A stretch of 53,794 nucleotides of DNA, from NCBI GenBank assembly GCA_963827475.1, contig CAWHAZ010000006.1:1-53794 (forward strand), written 5' to 3'. Each line of letters begins with the position of its first letter. Position 1 is the stretch's first letter. Below, piece by piece: positions 49,602 through 53,794 of the stretch. The notes under the pieces were generated by a model. That model did no database searches. It was given only the letters and a program-made list of their open reading frames with translations, and was not told the DNA's origin. The translations under genes were made by a program, and so were the position numbers. This stretch comes from an uncultured Chloroflexia bacterium. Its GTDB lineage: Bacteria > Chloroflexota > Limnocylindria > QHBO01.

Positions 49602-50876
49602 TCAGGTGGTCGCGCCCACCGTCCAGAGCGGGTCGGCCATCGCTCGGAGCTCAGTGACCGGGACCGCCTCCGCATCCGCCGTTCGGTCCGGCAGCCAGAC
49701 GACGAAGCTTGCGCCGTGTCCGGGGACCGAGGCCACGCTGACCGTGCCGCCATGCGCCTCGGCGATCTGGCGAACGAGGGCCAGCCCCAGGCCCTGCCCG
49801 TCGCCTTCGGCCGTCGGAGACCCGTCGCGCCAGGCGCGGCGGAAGACGAGGGCCTGGTCGTCGGGCGCGATACCACGCCCAACGTCGCGTACCCCCAACC
49901 AGAGCCAGCCGCCGGCGCGTCCGGCGCGGCAGTGGACCACCGAACCGGCGGGAGCCACTCGGAGCGCGTTCGAGACGAGGTTCGCCTGGGCGCGCTTCAG
50001 CGCGGACCGGTCTCCGTCGACGACCAGGCCGGACGGAGCGAGCCACGACAGCCGCACGCCGCGGGTCGAGGCCTCCGCGTCGTACTCCTGGGCGACCTCG
50101 GCCACCACCTCGGCAAGGTCGACCGACGTGCGCCGTTCGGGCTGCGCACTCGTCCGGGCGAGCGCCATGAGCTCGTCGACCGTGGTCGACATCCGGTCGG
50201 CCGTGCGACGAGCCACCTCCGCGGCGCGGAGCAGGCCCTCGGTGTCCTCGGGTTCCGAGAGCGCGACATCGAGGGTCGTCCGGATGACCGCCAGTGGGTT
50301 CCGCAGCTCGTGCGACGCGTCCTCGACGAAGCGGCGCTGGGTCAGCACACCCTGATCGAGCCGGTCGAGCATCGCGTCGAACGTGTCGGCCAGATCGCGC
50401 ATCTCGTCGGGTGGACCGCCGAGCCGGATGCGCCGCGAGAGATCGGTCGCCTCGATCTCGCGCGCGACGGCGGCCATCGTGCCCACGGGTCGCAGGACGC
50501 GGCCCGCGACCGCCCAACCGATGGCAAGGCCGACCGGGATCAGCGCGATGAGCGCCACGAGCGAAAGATCGCGAACCTGCTGGAGCGTCTGCTCCCGGAC
50601 GGCCTGTTCCACCTGCCGCAGTGCATCGGTCGCCCCGGAGTCGCCGCTTCCCAGGAGCTCGTCGAGGCTCATGCCGAGCACCCGCAGCACCTCCTCCTCG
50701 AGTGTCGTCGGCTGCTCCTCCGGGATCGTCGCGGCCACCGTGTCGAGGGCCAGGTTCATCCCCAGCACGAGCACGCCCGCCGTGACGATCAGGGCTGCGG
50801 TCACCAGCATCGCCAGCCGGAAGCGGACCGATCGAACGGAGGCGGCGAAACGCCGGGAGGGAGGGCGACCACTCAT
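49602..50876 (-). CDS. HAMP sensor histidine kinase
   Basis: Two TMs, HAMP, DASHELRNPL, NL-x-x-NA, D-x-G-x-GI, GLGL. Confidence 0.93.
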   Translation of the reverse strand: MSGRPPSRRFAASVRSVRFRLAMLVTAALIVTAGVLVLGMNLALDTVAATIPEEQPTTLEEEVLRVLGMSLDELLGSGDSGATDALRQVEQAVREQTLQQVRDLSLVALIALIPVGLAIGWAVAGRVLRPVGTMAAVAREIEATDLSRRIRLGGPPDEMRDLADTFDAMLDRLDQGVLTQRRFVEDASHELRNPLAVIRTTLDVALSEPEDTEGLLRAAEVARRTADRMSTTVDELMALARTSAQPERRTSVDLAEVVAEVAQEYDAEASTRGVRLSWLAPSGLVVDGDRSALKRAQANLVSNALRVAPAGSVVHCRAGRAGGWLWLGVRDVGRGIAPDDQALVFRRAWRDGSPTAEGDGQGLGLALVRQIAEAHGGTVSVASVPGHGASFVVWLPDRTADAEAVPVTELRAMADPLWTVGATT

Positions 50877-51568
50877 GGGACGCTCTCCGCGAGGCGATAC
50901 CCCACCCCCACGACGGTCTCGATCGGCTGCCCGGCGCCCGCCGCGGCAAGCTTGCGGCGAAGGTTGCTGATCGTGACCCGGACCGTGTTGGTGAACGGGT
51001 CGGCGCGGTCGTCCCACACGTGCTCGAGCAGGCGCTCCGGGGTCAGGACCTCGCTCGGATGGAGCATGAAGTAGCGGAGGAGCGCAAATTCCTTGGGGGA
51101 CAGGTCGAGACGCTGGTCGTTGCGGTGGGCCTCGTGCCGCGCGGCGTCGAGCTCGAGGCTCCCCAGCCGGATCGCCGCCCCACCGTTGATCGTCGGGCGG
51201 CGGGCCAGGGCACGAACCCGTGCCGCGAGCTCCGCGAAGCTGAATGGCTTGACCAGGTAGTCGTCGGCCCCGTCGTCCAGACCACCGACTCGATCGTCGA
51301 GGCCGTCCCGGGCGGTCAGCATCAGGACGCGCGGAGGCGTGGCACCCGGCAGCAGCAGCGCGCCGGCGCGAAGCTCGCGGCAGACCTCGCGACCGTCGCC
51401 GTCCGGCAGCCCGAGGTCCAGGCACACCACGTCGTACGGAACGTCCTCGAGGCGCTCGCGGGCCTCGGCAGCATTCGCGGCCAGGTCGATCGCATAGCCT
51501 TCGCGGCGCAATCCGGTGGCAAGCGCAGTGGCGAGGTCGAGCTCGTCCTCGACGATGAGCAGTCGCAC
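50873..51568 (-). CDS. OmpR-family response regulator
   Basis: VEDE, LDLGLP, GADDYLVKPF, winged helix ending TVVGVGY. Confidence 0.95.
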   Translation of the reverse strand: MRLLIVEDELDLATALATGLRREGYAIDLAANAAEARERLEDVPYDVVCLDLGLPDGDGREVCRELRAGALLLPGATPPRVLMLTARDGLDDRVGGLDDGADDYLVKPFSFAELAARVRALARRPTINGGAAIRLGSLELDAARHEAHRNDQRLDLSPKEFALLRYFMLHPSEVLTPERLLEHVWDDRADPFTNTVRVTISNLRRKLAAAGAGQPIETVVGVGYRLAESVP

Positions 51569-51658
51569 GGCGCCGCAGGATAGCGTGGTCTCGCGAAGTC
51601 GTCCAGACGAGACCGTGCGCCGCGGAGTCCGTCAGGCAGGCACCAGGGAGCCCTCGCC

Positions 51659-52049
51659 ATGGCCAGAACCAAGGAACCCGAGGTCCGCACCCAGGACGCC
51701 GTCGGCGCCGACTGGCCGGTCGACATGCCGTACACCCTGTACTTCCCGCGACGCGGAGGCTTCGCCGCGGCCGACATCGAGTACTCCTCGCCCCTCCCTC
51801 GGGTGGGCGACACGATCGAGTACATCGACACCCAGGCGATCAGCCACCGCTACCGGGTGATCGACGTGGTCCACACCTTCCAGGACAGCCCCGCGGCGCA
51901 GGGGCCGGAGGCGATCCGCCTGCTCCGTGCCGGCCTGCCCGCGGTCTACCTCGCCCGCGATCGGCGCAAGCCCAAACCCGGCCGGTGCCGGCCTGCCCGC
52001 GGTCTACCTCGCGCGCGACCGTCGCAAGCCGAAGTCTGGCCGCCGCTGA
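51659..52049 (+). CDS. Hypothetical protein; 3' end affected by an out-of-frame 58-nt duplication
   Basis: GGGAG upstream; PLPRVGDTIEY...YRVIDVVH; the second repeat copy ends in TGA at 52049 before the terminator. Confidence 0.65.
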
Positions 52050-52076
52050 CGAGTCTCCTGGAGAGGCGACAACGCG

Positions 52077-52105
52077 AGAGGGCCGCCCCGACGGGGCGGC
52101 CCTCT
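52077..52105. terminator. Bidirectional terminator hairpin between convergent genes
   Basis: 13-bp inverted repeat AGAGGGCCGCCCC / GGGGCGGCCCTCT. Confidence 0.75.
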
Positions 52106-52125
52106 TATCGGTCAGGTTTGGCTGG

Positions 52126-53745
52126 TCAGCTGCCGGGGATCTGCATCAGCAGCAGTTGGCCGTCCTCTCGCCGGAGCGAGTAGACCGTCCCGTTGGCCGG
52201 GCCAAGCGGCGGATAGATCGGCTCGTGCTGCGGATCGTCTCCCCATGTTCCCGCCGGAACGGTCCCCGGCAGGTTCTCGTGGGACTGGACGTCGAGGATC
52301 CACCAGCCCGGCGCCAAGCCACTCCGAGGCATCGATGATCCCGCTCGTCTCCGCGTTCGCTTGGTTGGTGGTGGCAACGTGCCTCCACGTGCCGGTAGCG
52401 AACAGGTACTGCCAGACCTTCGCGCCACCGGTCTGGTCCTCCTGGACCATGAGGCTGTTCGCGCTCACGTCGATGTTGTCCGGGCGCCGCAGCGTCTTGT
52501 TCGACGCCGGGCTGGTCGGGTCGTTGACGAGCGCCCCGTCGGCCAGGACGGTCAGCGAGTCGACGACGGTCGGATCCGAGGCGTTCAGCACCATCTTGAA
52601 GATCCGGCCCTGCTGGGCCATGCCGCCGGCGATCAGCACGACCTGCCTGCGGGTGCCCGACCGGATGCAGGCGCCACGCCCGTCCCGGTGTCCGCGAAGT
52701 ACACGGTGCGCGGGTCGTCCGGGTCATAGGCGATGTCTTCGACCCGGATGAACTGGAAGACGTTGTTGGCGTTCGACCAGTTCTCGAGCGCGGTCTGAGG
52801 CGGGTCCGCCGTCGTCCCCGCGGGCGATTTCCGATCGACCTCGATGAACTCACCGCGAAGTACCAGCAGTCGTACCCTGGCTGGGCGATGTCGAGATAGT
52901 CGTTGGCGCCGTTGAACGGGTCGTCGGCATCGACTGCGGTGCCGTTCTTGTGGGTGACCCGGAACGCCAACAGCGTCCCGTCGTCGCTGCACCAGGGCGT
53001 CGGGCTGGCGGCGTTGTACAGGTACAGCTGGGAGGACGGGGCTGCGAACGTGTCGTCACCCGAGAGCGACACGATGTCATCCCAGCCCCCGGGCACGATC
53101 ACCGTGTTCTCGTGGTTGTGGCGTCCCATGCCGGCGATCGGCGGGAAATCGCCGTGCTTCGCGTCGATGGCTACCGAGTAGCCCGCCTGCCGGAATGGGG
53201 TCGGAGTCGGAGACGGGTCCGCGCCGTAGGTGGCGCCGTCCGGGACTCGGAAGCCAGTCGACGGACTCCTCGTTGACGAAGAAGGTGTAGTCCGCGAACC
53301 CTTGTTCGGGCCCGGCCATGAAGGCGGAGCAGAACCGGACGAAGCCGGCCGACGGCGGCAGGACCTCGTCAAGCCGCGCGATCTGATTGGTCTTCAGGTC
53401 GAGCCGAGCCTTCTGGACCGAGGAGTCCTCGAAGTCGGCGAAGCCGCCGAAGGGCACGTGAGATTGCTCGAAGGCGATGAAGATGTCGATGAACCGATTC
53501 CCGCTGCCGACCGGAACGACGCCCAGTCCGTCCGGGATCCCCTCGAAGGTCACACCGTCGAACGTGTCCCCGCTGTTGATCAGCGCGACGGCGGACCCAC
53601 CGGTGGCGTGGACCGTCACCTTCAGTGCCGGGTTTGGGTGGCTCGGTGGGGCGCCGGCCACGCCGAGCGGTAATGCAAAGACCAGAACGAGGGCAGCGAC
53701 GAGCGCTCGTGAGGAGCGTCGGGGCCGCCCGAAAGCCGGAGTCAT
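52126..53745 (-). CDS. PhoX-like (DUF839) secreted phosphatase (several frameshifts)
   Basis: Signal peptide, GIPDGLG, RFCSA, NEE, MGRHNHEN, FIRVED, RPDN, QED, ETSGI, DVQSH, GQLLLM; GGAGG upstream. Confidence 0.78.
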
Positions 53746-53794
53746 GGGGCACGCCTCCTAGTCACAAGTCGGTAGGACGGGTCCAGACCCCCCG

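Overview
GC-rich bacterial chromosomal segment. Gene content, leaderless-style starts and an LPXTG-like sorting signal fit a monoderm lineage such as Chloroflexota or Actinomycetota (inference only). It holds about 50 CDSs and three tRNAs: Gly-CCC, initiator Met-CAT and Lys-TTT. Housekeeping genes include rsgA, ribA, pckA and pyrR-pyrB-pyrC-(3 unknown ORFs)-pyrE with a PyrR RNA element. Also present: secreted peptidases, two class III nucleotide cyclases, a two-component system upstream of an HtrA-like/MoxR/DUF58/vWA operon, and a PhoX-like gene. Genes near both ends carry many small indel frameshifts, probably consensus errors, while about 9-35 kb is clean. Main observations: (1) a full-length CcoN-like membrane protein in which all six canonical heme/Cu histidines appear replaced, in an operon with a monoheme cytochrome c and NnrE; (2) two more intact but catalytically altered enzymes, a GalT-like protein lacking the nucleophilic His and a FadD-like protein with a degenerate P-loop; (3) two integrase-less single-gene islets bounded by tRNA-derived direct repeats; (4) three unknown genes where pyrD/pyrF often sit. 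Family calls come from motif recognition by eye, not from database searches.
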